64,000 bases of DNA from Gemmatimonadaceae bacterium (GCA_044224875.1 JBGAJQ010000005.1:78317-142316); one strand, 5' to 3'; shown: positions 11,301-21,295, counted from the stretch's first letter. Numbers and translations are program-made. Notes: generated by a model from the letters alone, not told the origin.

Positions 11301-11883
11301 AAATCTCGCCGGTCCGGGCCTTTGCCCGCGGTGGGCCTCGAGCTTCGGCTTCGCGGTGGTCGCTCCATCGCGCGGTTGGACCGTGGACGACTTTGGCAAC
11401 ATGGTTCTGGCATCGATGTTTGCGCACCGGAGTGCCTCAGGTGGCGATTACACCGTTGCGGCGACTCCGCAGGTCGTGGACGTCCCGATGAGCCCTCCGG
11501 TCATTGGGACGATCGGTCTTGGAGGGCACGTGTTGTGGGCGAGCGCGGGACCGCCCACGAAGCACACCGTGCGCTTCCGTTGGGGGGTGGCCCCAAGCAC
11601 ACAGCCTAACGTGATGGACGACACGGGCGCTCCCGGTCTTTACGGCCCGCTGTCGAGCGACCTCGTGCTCTGGCCTTCGGCGCGTGGCCACATCTCGGCG
11701 CCGGGCGTGCCACCGTTCCCGGGAGAATTGCTGACGAGTGGTGGGGCAGGGTGCTTCACCATGGCGGGGTTACCGACCTTGATGAATCCCGATCCCCGCG
11801 GCCTGGTCGTGGACCTGCGAAGCGCGGCCACGCCAGTGATCGACGAGGTCGCGACGTCGGTGCTGAAGGACAGATGCAAGTGA
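8341..11883 (+). CDS. Large secreted hypothetical protein (LGFP-like repeats, helical TENH core, hydrophobic hairpin, Cys-rich)
   Basis: Signal peptide MRTLLRLLSVTCFLTARLRAQ at ATG 8341; 1180-aa open frame. See findings. Confidence 0.75.
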   Translation: MRTLLRLLSVTCFLTARLRAQESLRCPGATVGWQFTSASTPPILLPEASQVDAIWKSLDPAAGGSAGPLGCPTGYAVVVVLDALSGWNGIAQGFQRGWILVGRFPQLNFQAAFVHGLGGWTVWWKGDQSSGYGAGLVPAGRDGPATAYSAAPAATWARGGWIRSSQQTEFISLWKCQGNPCTWRYATPEFYQQERPFDFAARLDVPSMATPSPGRFGERVNAALPDWLPCFTRLDASDQPGEGEVARATVKLRREGACAIDGHSPRAAADAWLGSATLRPGRAPGTDADDSDCPRSGDLDIDTSQLLLLIFRHRDKLSVTTLNHLRALLAPWGGTPRVSPYVTPPNETCYGFQIIETENHILLQEASRYLINALLSENAPVPNVANRDWLLRFLGPIVRRDMYEYNALPYTRYQMKALLALHDHAPDSVVSRAARGVLHWLMAKEALSGNLDRDMRPYRRLPDAKLFAATDWWGSQATATTLEAAFLAGPIQHGHEDIDLQLDTATTRAALSDLARFPALGTVDEDQLAELIDIADSKYRLPSAIRDWRVTRYNDNAANRVTYVQGIRHQSPVAEDPALFNQANDGVELVSGNRNWTIVAGGEPIGPGIPGDPPRSTATALAYALIAAAVLAALMLLIAVLAGVGTVTVVGGAATAIAAIIGLLVGTFVPQTIASNKQSDKLWENQTAVMRPTLLIPSAGGLSRGQTLRFGQPVIARPNENPDPRTCVAEGFLCGFDLEMPSHPFNASDLAKCPITPELPIPITSMLASTPAGTPPVVPRLGCLLHREESTRGWTVWEFEFGTLAMREGDAVGSEHVAAAWMDTTFQKQQRFVHIQWKLPGESHDWYNVHAYNTEAHPTDGEAVGGDVDYANSGNVDDSDTWSEGSVTFTWPDYLADAQRSFIVEACDPTYTKILFVKVKDGHACHANILPRLSVPLALPPKQPFSCKAKPFGREALVMEVGESCSNSPYGMFVFVWTKGCPSNTRGNLAGPGLCPRWASSFGFAVVAPSRGWTVDDFGNMVLASMFAHRSASGGDYTVAATPQVVDVPMSPPVIGTIGLGGHVLWASAGPPTKHTVRFRWGVAPSTQPNVMDDTGAPGLYGPLSSDLVLWPSARGHISAPGVPPFPGELLTSGGAGCFTMAGLPTLMNPDPRGLVVDLRSAATPVIDEVATSVLKDRCK

Positions 11884-12099
11884 CGCAGCCAGGTGGGGGA
11901 TGAGGATCGCCAAACACCGCAGGTCGCAGCTGGCGTGACGAGCTTCGATACGCGTGGACACTGGCAGCATCTGCAGGATTCCGAGTGCAACTGAATCAGC
12001 TTCGACGGAAGGACCGTCCCCATGCGTTGCGCGGACCATGATGTGCGGCCATGTTCGACCGCACGATTGGTCGTGTTGGGCCACACTCAGAGGACACTC

Positions 12100-14610
12100 A
12101 TGGACCGCCGCTCGTTTCTTGTCACCAGCGCCCTAGCCACGACAGCCGGAGCCCTTCGTGTCGACGCTCCGCGCCGGCGCACCGAAAGCGTAGTCCGGTT
12201 GTCGTCGCTGCGCCCACGCCTCGTGAATCAGGGTTGGGGGTCGCTGCTCTACGACGTGAGCGTCGACGGGCGGCCCTTGCAGATCGGCGACCGCACCTTT
12301 AGTCACGGCGTGAGTACACATGCGCGGAGCGATCTGGTGTACCTGACGGGCGGTCGGTACTCCCACTTTCGCGCGTGGGTGGGGGTCGATGCCACCAAGC
12401 AGCGCACGCCAGATGCAACAGCCGTGTTCCAGGTATTTGTGGACGGCGTACAGCGGTTCGATAGCGGTACCATGTCGCAGGAGACGCCCGCCCGGTTGGT
12501 GGACCTGGACCTCGGCTCGGCGAACCACCTGCGCCTGATCGTGACCTACACCGGGACCTATTGTGACCATGTGAATTGGGCCGACGCCGAATTGGTGCGA
12601 AATGATGCGGCAGAGCACGTTCCAGTGACGAGTGGACCGCGGCGTCGGTTGGCAAGTGCGGGACGCGTGTTTGAACTGGAAGGCTCGCGACTCATCGGAT
12701 TCACGCATCGAGGAAAGCAGGTCGCGCTGACGGTGTGGGGTGGGCTGATGGCAGGAGCGGTGAACCGAAGCCCGACCGATGGCACGGTCAGGTACGATCC
12801 CATCGCCGGGGGGGTGTCGTGGGGTTGGGCGTATGCCTCACGAGCATCTGCGTCGTGGACGTCACCGGTCGACACGGTGTTCCATTGGCCGAACGCGCGA
12901 GCGCACGTGTGGCTGCCATGGGGCCATGGGTGGGAGTGGCAGGATCCGCTCGAGCCGCGCGCGTTCGCGGACAAGACGTACGAGTACGGCGCGTTCTTCA
13001 ATCGCGAGGGCGGCCTCTCGCTGCCCATGGCCACCGTGCTGGATCACGAGGCCGGCGTTGGCGTGTCGTTCATTCAGAACCCGGGCGATGTGCTCATCGA
13101 CATGCAGGTCACGACCACCGCGGCAGGCGAGATCCGGTTCTCTCGTGCATTTCACCGCTTCGGGGGTGGCGCCGCTCCCGTCAGGTTCCACGTCGACGTC
13201 ATCGTCCACGAGCCTGATGTGCGCGCGGCCCTGCGCGCGATTGTGAGCACGTATCCGGCATACTTCAACGCACCGAACCCCTTGGCTCATGCCGTAGGGG
13301 GTGGCGGCGCCTACTCAGGATGGGAAGGCGAGCTACCCACCGAGACGTTGCACGCGATGGGATTCACGATGAACTGGAAAGCATCGCTCGACTTTCCGTA
13401 CATGGGACTCTTCTTGCCACCGGTTGGCGACGACGTCGAGTGGAATCGATTTGCCGGTGGCGGCGACGGTGTCCATGTTGCCAGTGACGAGGGGCGTTAC
13501 GGCAAGACGACGATTCGGCACATGAACGAGTACTCCGTCGCGATGAAGCGGAACGGATTCCACGTGCTGAACTACTTCAACGTGACCGAGTTCGGGACGA
13601 ACATCGTGTATCCGCCGCCGGCGCCTAAGACCACGGCGGCCGATCGATGGCGAGATTCCAACGACCTCCTTCACGGCGAGTTGGAGAACGCGGTCTTGAA
13701 GACCCCGAATCCCATCTACACGTGGGGCAAGGGCCTGATCATGGATTGCGGCGAGGCCAACTATCGCGCGCTATTGCTCGATCAGGCGCGGAAGCACGTG
13801 GAGAAGCTGCCGGCGTCAGATGGCATCTGCATCGATCGGATGGATTGGCTCACGCGGTACAACCCGAACGCTGACGACGGGCATACGTGGATCGACGGAC
13901 CGCAGCGGCATCTCCGCCGATCCTGGATGTCGCTGATGGACGAGCTGGGGCCGATCTTCCACAAGGCCGGAAAGGTGATCTTCGGCAACGACATGGACCG
14001 ACGATTGGAGCTGATGACGCAGGTCGACGGGTTCTACGATGAGCACGGGCACTTCCCGTTCAACCTGAACACGAGTGCATTCCTGGCCCTGCGCAAGCCG
14101 CTCGTCTGCTGGACGCCCGACGACGACGCGCTTAGGCCGGACCCCGACCTCTACTTCCAGCGATTGCTGTACCTCGGTGCGTTCCCGACGATCCCCTACG
14201 CCGGCAACGATCACACGCTGGTCCCCAACGCGTTCAACGAACCGTTGTACTTGGCGTACGGTCCGCTGTTCAAGGCGATCATGGGACGCACGTGGGTCCT
14301 GCGTCCTGGAGTGGTTGCGGTTGACGGAGCTGCCAAGGCGAATGTGTTCGACGTACACGGGAGCACGGTGGTGTTCGTGGGACTCGCTGGCAGGCAAGAG
14401 CGCATCGCCATTACCCTGCGCCATCCTGGCACGTCGGGAACGGTTCTCCATCCCGGAACCTCGGCGCGACAGGAGCTCCGGGGCGCACGAACGGGCTCGA
14501 CCGTCCGCTGGGACCTGCCGCTGGTTCGCGGTTGTGCGTTGCTGGTGATCCCGCACGCCCAGTCTCATGCGCTCGAGCCGCGCGACGCGCTGAACACCAC
14601 CGAAGGCTAG
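12100..14610 (+). CDS. Tat-exported NPCBM/NEW2-domain protein with putative glycoside hydrolase domain
   Basis: MDRRSFL Tat motif after AGAGGA; NPCBM signature (QGWG...SVDGRPLQIG...HGVSTHA...VFQVFVDG...FDSG...DHVNWADA); DGICIDRMD in the C-terminal barrel-like part. Confidence 0.78.
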   Translation: MDRRSFLVTSALATTAGALRVDAPRRRTESVVRLSSLRPRLVNQGWGSLLYDVSVDGRPLQIGDRTFSHGVSTHARSDLVYLTGGRYSHFRAWVGVDATKQRTPDATAVFQVFVDGVQRFDSGTMSQETPARLVDLDLGSANHLRLIVTYTGTYCDHVNWADAELVRNDAAEHVPVTSGPRRRLASAGRVFELEGSRLIGFTHRGKQVALTVWGGLMAGAVNRSPTDGTVRYDPIAGGVSWGWAYASRASASWTSPVDTVFHWPNARAHVWLPWGHGWEWQDPLEPRAFADKTYEYGAFFNREGGLSLPMATVLDHEAGVGVSFIQNPGDVLIDMQVTTTAAGEIRFSRAFHRFGGGAAPVRFHVDVIVHEPDVRAALRAIVSTYPAYFNAPNPLAHAVGGGGAYSGWEGELPTETLHAMGFTMNWKASLDFPYMGLFLPPVGDDVEWNRFAGGGDGVHVASDEGRYGKTTIRHMNEYSVAMKRNGFHVLNYFNVTEFGTNIVYPPPAPKTTAADRWRDSNDLLHGELENAVLKTPNPIYTWGKGLIMDCGEANYRALLLDQARKHVEKLPASDGICIDRMDWLTRYNPNADDGHTWIDGPQRHLRRSWMSLMDELGPIFHKAGKVIFGNDMDRRLELMTQVDGFYDEHGHFPFNLNTSAFLALRKPLVCWTPDDDALRPDPDLYFQRLLYLGAFPTIPYAGNDHTLVPNAFNEPLYLAYGPLFKAIMGRTWVLRPGVVAVDGAAKANVFDVHGSTVVFVGLAGRQERIAITLRHPGTSGTVLHPGTSARQELRGARTGSTVRWDLPLVRGCALLVIPHAQSHALEPRDALNTTEG

Positions 14611-14633
14611 CTGTGCGAACCGGCGAGCACGCG

Positions 14634-15347
14634 GTGACCGACTCTGTGCGCCTCTCAGGAGACGCCGTACGGTCCGTCCCGTTGGTGTCAGCGCGGAGTG
14701 AGCGGGGCGCACTTGTGCAGAAGCTGCAACACGTCGTGCCGTCTGTCCTACTCCTCTTTGATGGGCTGCAGCGCTTCACCGCCGCAGAGGGGCAGACTGT
14801 TGGATCGATGTCTCTGGCGGCCATTGAAGTCGTAAGCAGTGCCTTGGTCATCGTCGGCTTCATTCGATCGGTGCGGCGACTTCGGCCGGGCATGCAGGCG
14901 ACGGAACACTCGCCGCACGGCGTCGACTGGGTTGACGTGTTCCTTGGCGCGACGCTGTTGGCCGAGGCGCTCGTGCATCGGCAGGAGACGGGGCACCTGC
15001 CGCGCCCAACGTTGCTGCTGGCGGTCGCGCTCGCGACCATCGGTGTGCTCCACGGGCGAATCGCGGGTTGGGGGCGGCGTCGCAGGGAACTGCGGCTCAG
15101 TGCCGACGGCATCAGCATCTGGCAACGATGGCACGGCCGACTCCATGCCGCATGGTCGGAGATATCGAACATTGCGCTCTTGGGAGACGAGGCGCTCGTG
15201 ACCACGCAGCAGGCAGGATCTCGCAGGATCAATCTGCGCGACCTGAGGAACCGCGCCGAGGTCGAACAGTTGCTGGAGGAGGCGCTCGCGCGGCTCGAGG
15301 CGTTTCGCCTAGCTGAACGCGAAACGTCACGCCCACTCGGACGTTAG
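14634..15347 (+). CDS. Hypothetical membrane protein with C-terminal PH-like region
   Basis: About four hydrophobic segments, then ELRLSADGISI...WSEISNI. Start GTG 14634 inferred. Confidence 0.6.
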   Translation: MTDSVRLSGDAVRSVPLVSARSERGALVQKLQHVVPSVLLLFDGLQRFTAAEGQTVGSMSLAAIEVVSSALVIVGFIRSVRRLRPGMQATEHSPHGVDWVDVFLGATLLAEALVHRQETGHLPRPTLLLAVALATIGVLHGRIAGWGRRRRELRLSADGISIWQRWHGRLHAAWSEISNIALLGDEALVTTQQAGSRRINLRDLRNRAEVEQLLEEALARLEAFRLAERETSRPLGR

Positions 15348-15411
15348 GCGGTACTCGCTACCCGCAGGCTGGAGGCAATCTCTGCGCAAACGTTCATGGT
15401 TCTTTAGTGGC

Positions 15412-16089
15412 ATGGGCACCGTGGCGCTCTTCGCGGTTGTCGTTGGATTCGGCCGCACCTACGCGGCGCCCATGGTGCGCGGCACCTTCACTGGGCCCAG
15501 AATCCTACACGTCCACGGTGCGTTGGCCTTCTCGTGGGTGGTGCTGTTCTGCATCCAGCCGCTCCTTGTACGGTGGCGCAAGACTCGACTTCACCGGCGC
15601 CTAGGCCTTATCGGTTTGCCCCTGGCACTGGGCGTGGCCATCACCATGGTTCCCGCCGGCGTATTTCAAGTGACCCGTGATTCCGCGACCGGGGGGCCCG
15701 CGGCGATCTCGGCACTGCTCGGCGTGGTCACGTCCGGCGCCCTCTTCCTCGTCTTGGTCAGTGCAGGCATTATCGCGCGCCACGATCGCGAGTCCCATTC
15801 CCGGTGGCTACTCCTTGCAACACTCGTGGTGATTTGGCCGGCGTGGTTCCGATTTCGCCACTGGTTTCCGTCCGTTCCACGTCCCGATGTGTGGTTCGGC
15901 GTCGTCCTGGCGTTTGCCTGGATCGTCATCGCCATGCTGCGAGACTGGAGGACTCGGGGAAACGTGCACCCAGTGCTCGCGTTCGGGGGCACGGCCGTTA
16001 TCATCGAGCAGTCACTCGAGTTGCTGGCGTTCGACACACCGTGGTGGCGAGCGGCGGCGCATCTGCTCTACGGCTGGATTCACAGCTGA
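15412..16089 (+). CDS. Conserved hypothetical integral membrane protein
   Basis: About six TM segments; LHVHG..AFSW..LF..Q, LHRRLG, HSRWLLLAT, VHPV motifs. Confidence 0.7.
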   Translation: MGTVALFAVVVGFGRTYAAPMVRGTFTGPRILHVHGALAFSWVVLFCIQPLLVRWRKTRLHRRLGLIGLPLALGVAITMVPAGVFQVTRDSATGGPAAISALLGVVTSGALFLVLVSAGIIARHDRESHSRWLLLATLVVIWPAWFRFRHWFPSVPRPDVWFGVVLAFAWIVIAMLRDWRTRGNVHPVLAFGGTAVIIEQSLELLAFDTPWWRAAAHLLYGWIHS

Positions 16090-16267
16090 CCAATCAGGGC
16101 GTGTTCGCGCAAGCTGCTCCATGTGGTAGCCGAACACGGAGCGCATGGGAAGGCTGGTGAGGTAACCAGCGTGGTAGCGCCCGATTGGCCTTAGGCACCA
16201 CGATCGCCCCAAGATCGGCGACACGACAATAGTCGCTTCCTGAGCCGGGAGTTACAATCAAGATCCC

Positions 16268-17791
16268 ATGGGTACCGATCCTCGCTTATCAGAGGCACGC
16301 CGAGCAATCGATACGGGCGACTGGCAGAGTGCCGTGGGCCTGTACGAAACCATGACCCGGGAGACGAACGCCCCGGAGGCCTGGGCTGGCCTCGCCGAAG
16401 CGGCGTGGCTGCAGCAGGACTCGCGCCTCATGATCGACGCGCGCCTGAACGCCTACCGCCTCTATCGCGAACAAGGCGACGACGTTGCGGCTGCCCGAAT
16501 GGCGATCGCGCTCGGCAATGACTTCCTCGACTTTCGAGGCGACGCGGCGGTATCCAACGGCTGGTTCAAGTACGCACGGCGTCTCCTGAAACCCCTTCCT
16601 CCGTCAGCCGATCACGCCCGGCTGGAGGTGTGGGAAGCGCGCTTGGCGCTGATCGGTCGTCAGGACACGGCCGAGGGGGCGCGACTGGCGGACGAGGCAT
16701 TGCGACTGGCCCGCGAGATCGGTTGCCCAGACGTCGAGGTGCTGGCGACCGCCATGAGCGGGCTCGCACTCGTCATGAACGGACAACCGGATCGAGGGCT
16801 CGCGCTGTTGGACGAGGCGGCCGCGGCAGCGTTAGGCGGTGACATCTCCGATCCGTACGCGGCGGGGCTCACCTGTTGCTACCTCATCAGCGCCTGCGAT
16901 CGCGTACGCGACTACGACCGTGCGGCGCAGTGGTGCGCGCGCTTGCGAGAGTTTTCCACGCGGCAGCGCTTTGCCATTCTCATGACGACGTGCCGGCTCC
17001 AGTACGGCAGTGTGCTCATTTCGCGGGGCGAATGGGCAGAGGCCGAGACGGAGCTACTGGCGGCGATCGCCGACCTGCGCGCCGCGCGTCCCATCGTGCT
17101 CCCGGCCGCCTACGCGCGACTGGGCGAGCTGCGCCGGCGTCAGGGCCGAGTCGACGAAGCGGTGCAGCTGTTTGAGCAGGCGGGCAGTCATCCGCTCGCG
17201 CTCCTCGGCGGCGCGTGGGTGGATGTTGAACAAGGCAATCTGGTGCGCGCGCTGGAGCGCGCGCGTGCGTACCTGCGTCGCTTTCCCGCGGATGCGCTAC
17301 TGGAGCGTGCATCGGCGAACGAGTTGCTCATTCGCATTGCCGCGCAATCCGGGAAGCCGGCCGACGCCGAGATACCGCTCGGAGAGCTCGAGCAAGCACT
17401 CGCGAAGTATGACCTTCCGCTCCTTCGTGCCGCGCTGCTTACCGCTGAGGCAACGCTCGCCACATCCAAGGGCGACGAGTCACGTGCTGCCGAATTGATG
17501 GAAGATGCGGCAGCGATCTACGATCACGCGGGCTTAGTACACGAAGCTGAGACGGCGCGTCGCGAAATGCAGAAGGCGAAAGGCACTGGCGGGCCGAGCG
17601 CACCCCTGACGCAGCGCGAGATGGAAGTGTTGGTCCTGGTGGCGAAGGGGATGAGCGAGCGCGAGGTCGCGGACAAGCTGTACATCAGCCCGCATACGGC
17701 GCACCGACATCTCTCCAACATCCGCTTTAAGCTGAATGCGTCGACGCAGGCGGCCGCTGTCGCGCAGGCGGTGCGCATAGGGCTCATCTAG
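16268..17791 (+). CDS. LuxR-family transcriptional regulator with TPR-like sensor region
   Basis: C-terminal LTQREMEVLVLVAKGMSEREVADKLYISPHTAHRHLSNI HTH; helical repeats upstream. Confidence 0.9.
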   Translation: MGTDPRLSEARRAIDTGDWQSAVGLYETMTRETNAPEAWAGLAEAAWLQQDSRLMIDARLNAYRLYREQGDDVAAARMAIALGNDFLDFRGDAAVSNGWFKYARRLLKPLPPSADHARLEVWEARLALIGRQDTAEGARLADEALRLAREIGCPDVEVLATAMSGLALVMNGQPDRGLALLDEAAAAALGGDISDPYAAGLTCCYLISACDRVRDYDRAAQWCARLREFSTRQRFAILMTTCRLQYGSVLISRGEWAEAETELLAAIADLRAARPIVLPAAYARLGELRRRQGRVDEAVQLFEQAGSHPLALLGGAWVDVEQGNLVRALERARAYLRRFPADALLERASANELLIRIAAQSGKPADAEIPLGELEQALAKYDLPLLRAALLTAEATLATSKGDESRAAELMEDAAAIYDHAGLVHEAETARREMQKAKGTGGPSAPLTQREMEVLVLVAKGMSEREVADKLYISPHTAHRHLSNIRFKLNASTQAAAVAQAVRIGLI

Positions 17792-17958
17792 CGCACCGAC
17801 TCGATGCGCACCTTCGATGTGCGATCGCTTGCTTCGTCGCATGCGTCGGGGAGAGACCGCTGGCGAAATGCTGACTTCCCCTATGGAGTCGGGCGCGCGT
17901 TTGAGCTACCTCTCGCAGAGCCGAAGGACTGAAGGCCGTCACTCTCGAGGAGGCGGGT

Positions 17959-18609
17959 ATGAATACGCGTGTGCTCGTTGTTCTTGCCGGATTCGTCGTA
18001 CTCGGCTGCGGTGAAAAGGCGCAGGAAGTGAAGAATGCGGCGAATGCGGTGGAAGCCGTCGCGACGGCATCAAACCGAATGGAGAGCAGCCAGGCCGAAG
18101 CCGCGAAGTTTCAACAGGAACGTCGTAGTCGTGGTGACACGGTGGCGATGTCCTATCAAGAGCTGCAGAAGTACCTGCCGTCGGCCCCAGACGGTTACAG
18201 CGCAGCCGAAGAACCTGGCGGTTCCAGTCAGAGCATGACCGGCTTTTCAGTGTCCCAGGCTGAACAGACGTTCACGATGCCGTCGTCCCCGGAGGGAACC
18301 ACTCCGAGCGTGCATGTGACGCTGGTCGATTTTGGAGGCACGGAAGGAGCATACGCGATTGTGGCGATGCCCATGCTGATGAACCTGAGCCAAGAGGATG
18401 CTCACCAGCGGATGAAGACGCTGAAGATGGACACGCCGGCCACCTGGGGTTCGGAAGAATTCAACAAGGACAGTAAGGACTCAAAGGTCACGGCCGTTGC
18501 ACGCTACAGGTACATGATCACGCTGGAGGCGCGCAACCAAGCCGCCGACGAGACGGCGATGCTGAAGCGCATGGCGGAGGACATCGCGAGGAAGTTTGAC
18601 GGGAAGTAA
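17959..18609 (+). CDS. Hypothetical lipoprotein
   Basis: GAGGAGG RBS; lipobox VVLGC. Confidence 0.75.
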   Translation: MNTRVLVVLAGFVVLGCGEKAQEVKNAANAVEAVATASNRMESSQAEAAKFQQERRSRGDTVAMSYQELQKYLPSAPDGYSAAEEPGGSSQSMTGFSVSQAEQTFTMPSSPEGTTPSVHVTLVDFGGTEGAYAIVAMPMLMNLSQEDAHQRMKTLKMDTPATWGSEEFNKDSKDSKVTAVARYRYMITLEARNQAADETAMLKRMAEDIARKFDGK

Positions 18610-18640
18610 GTTGAGCGTGTCTCGGCATAGGTGAGGACGG

Positions 18641-21160
18641 GTGGTGCGATTTGTTGGAGTCGCTTGGCTGGCGTGCGCAATGGGAATGTGCAGCGGGACC
18701 CTGGCGGCCCAGCAGCGCGAGCGTCCAGATACAACCGATCGACGAAGCCCTGCGATTCGTTGGGAGTCGCAGGGCGCAGACGAGGTGATTGTCGTCGACG
18801 GCGAACGTCTCCGACAGTCGGGCGCACGGTCGCTCGGCGAGGCCTTGGCCGGCAAGGTTCCGGGGCTCGAGGTATTTCAGGGGAGCGGCTTCGCTTCCAT
18901 GGCGCAGCTTCGATTGCGCGGTTCCGGTACCCTTGTAGGCGCAGACGCACCGCTGGTGCTCGTGGACGACGTGCCCTTGCGGCTGAACGCGAGCGTTGGG
19001 TCGCGCATTGCACCGATCCTGTTTGCCGACCTGCCTCTCACCGCGATCGATCGCGTCGAAATCGTGCGTGGCGCGGTCGCTGCGGCGCAGTATGGACCAA
19101 AGGCGTACAGCGGAGTCATTCGCATTGTGACGCGACAGCCCCCGCGTGAGGGTCTGTCCGTCAGCTTCACGCAGCGCGTGGGCCTGCGAGCTGCGGCCTC
19201 CTTGCCGGATGTGCGCCTGGTGCCGCGCGATGAGGCGTTGACACAACCCTTGTTCCTCGTGAACCTCACGCCGGCGCAGCGACAGGCCGCTTGGGACTCC
19301 TGCAAGGGGCGCTGCGGGACGTTGGACGAGATCTTCGGTGGGAGTCGTCCCATGGTCGAGACGGATGCCAGCGCTCGCGGACGAGCCGGAGGTACGGCGT
19401 GGTCGATTGACCTGACGGGGCGCCGCGAGGGTGGGCCAGCCCGACGCGGGAATGAGAATTACGTCGGGGGTCGCGCGGGGCTCGACCACAAGTGGAAGGA
19501 TCGTCTGGCGATTCGGGTGAACCAGCTGGTCTCACGGACGGCTGACGCACAGCCACTCTCCACGTTTGACCTGCTCACGCTCTTCGCTCGACCTGATTGG
19601 CTGAACTTGCGTGGCGTTCCCGGCGCATTTCTCGCGACCGACGTCCCGATGAACCCGTTGGTCGCGGTCGATTCCAATCAATCCAGGCGAGCCCTCTGGC
19701 AGTACTTCACCACGGCCTCCGGCACCTTCCAGCTCGCGACCTTCGGCAGAAACACGTTGGCCCTGCAGCTGGCCGGTGGGCTCCACCGGGCCGTTAGGGC
19801 CGACACCTCCGATGCCGTCACCGGCGGCTCCAACGGGAGTGACACTCGCGTCCTCTTTGCCCAACGCGAGGCGTCCCGAGAGTCCTTTGTGTCAGCGCGC
19901 ATCGGCCTCACGACGGTGCGCGGATCGGCCGTTGGCTCGACCCACATCGGTGCGGAACGAAGTGGAACAGTGGTTGAGGTGGGCACCAATGAAACTGGCA
20001 TCCGCGGCGAAACCACCGGCCGCGCGATCGTCGCCGACCAGACGTGGGACTTGGGCGGGGGACGCGCAGTCCTTGCCGCCAACGTTCGCCGGGAGCAACC
20101 AGGCGGAATCGCTTTCGGCTTGGATGCCCAATGGTCCTGGCGCGCAGCGGGTGCCTATCGATGGACGGTGCGTGGGGGAAAGCTTCGCGCATGGGGAAGC
20201 GTCGGGCAGGCGCAGGCGTCACCGTTGGCCGAGCCGGCGATGGTCCCCTTGTCGCTGCTCCTCACGCCACCCACCGGCGTCCGCGCCACTGACGATCGCG
20301 CGTCGCCGGAGAGTCGACTTGAGTTTGAGGGCGGAGTACGCTTCGACGACGCCAAGGATCGGGTCAGCGTCTACGCGTCTGGGTTCGCGAGCACAACGCG
20401 CGACATGTTCGTGCCGGGAGGAGCATCTGCCGGTGGGTTCTCGTTTGCGACCTTGGGGCGAGGACAGATCCGGACGCGAGGGTTCGAGCTGGCGCTGCGC
20501 ACCACGACGAATGTGTCACCGTCCCTCACTTGGAGTGCCACGACATCAGCATGGCGCGCTCGCAGTACCATCGTGTCGGTGGATGGCGTGTTTCCCGGTG
20601 GCACGAGCTTGCGCATCGGTGGATACCATTGGGATCCTGGGACGTCGCTGACCAGGATCGCCCAGATAGATCCTCAGGACAGCGTCGTCACCGTCGGTGA
20701 CGCTGCGCCTGTCGTTTCGCTGTCGACGGTGCAGGAATTGAGCTGGCATCGCCTGCACCTGAGCGCTCAGGTGGACGGTGCCCTTGGCGTGGACGTCGTC
20801 AACGAGACGCAGTACGGTCGCGACACCTACGCGCTCTCTCCTGACCAAGCCGATGGCGGCCGCGCCAGGAGCGTGCTGGGGAGGTCCGGTGTTCCTGTGT
20901 ACGTGCAAGACGGCGGGTACATGCGGTGGCGTGAGCTGGTGCTCGGCTGGGACCTGACCGGCCATCGCGCGGCTCCCCATGCTGGCGTTGGTGCGCGGAT
21001 CGAGGTGGTGGCCCGGAACCTGGCAACGTGGTCACCGTTGCGTCTGGCGGACCCGGCCGCGCGCGAGTGGTCGCTGCCATCTGATATCGAGCGGATGACC
21101 GTAAGCCCTGGGTATCCCCTGCAGCGGTCGATCTCTGTTGGACTCGTCCTCGCGCGCTAA
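18641..21160 (+). CDS. SusC/RagA-like TonB-dependent outer membrane receptor
   Basis: Plug motif LRLRG...PLVLVDDVP...IDRVEIVRGAVAAAQYG...GVIRIVT; SusC-like C-terminus VQDGGYMRWREL.LGW...RNL.TW...YP..RS. Confidence 0.85.
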   Translation: MVRFVGVAWLACAMGMCSGTLAAQQRERPDTTDRRSPAIRWESQGADEVIVVDGERLRQSGARSLGEALAGKVPGLEVFQGSGFASMAQLRLRGSGTLVGADAPLVLVDDVPLRLNASVGSRIAPILFADLPLTAIDRVEIVRGAVAAAQYGPKAYSGVIRIVTRQPPREGLSVSFTQRVGLRAAASLPDVRLVPRDEALTQPLFLVNLTPAQRQAAWDSCKGRCGTLDEIFGGSRPMVETDASARGRAGGTAWSIDLTGRREGGPARRGNENYVGGRAGLDHKWKDRLAIRVNQLVSRTADAQPLSTFDLLTLFARPDWLNLRGVPGAFLATDVPMNPLVAVDSNQSRRALWQYFTTASGTFQLATFGRNTLALQLAGGLHRAVRADTSDAVTGGSNGSDTRVLFAQREASRESFVSARIGLTTVRGSAVGSTHIGAERSGTVVEVGTNETGIRGETTGRAIVADQTWDLGGGRAVLAANVRREQPGGIAFGLDAQWSWRAAGAYRWTVRGGKLRAWGSVGQAQASPLAEPAMVPLSLLLTPPTGVRATDDRASPESRLEFEGGVRFDDAKDRVSVYASGFASTTRDMFVPGGASAGGFSFATLGRGQIRTRGFELALRTTTNVSPSLTWSATTSAWRARSTIVSVDGVFPGGTSLRIGGYHWDPGTSLTRIAQIDPQDSVVTVGDAAPVVSLSTVQELSWHRLHLSAQVDGALGVDVVNETQYGRDTYALSPDQADGGRARSVLGRSGVPVYVQDGGYMRWRELVLGWDLTGHRAAPHAGVGARIEVVARNLATWSPLRLADPAAREWSLPSDIERMTVSPGYPLQRSISVGLVLAR

Positions 21161-21295
21161 GCCGCTCACTCTGGCCCGGCTCGTCGCCGACCACGAAACC
21201 TGCCCCGTGGAACGACGCTTCCAACGAGGAAGCGAGGGAGGCGATTGATCGAGAGCGGATCGCAACCTCATCATGCCGCGAATCGTCTCTAATGT

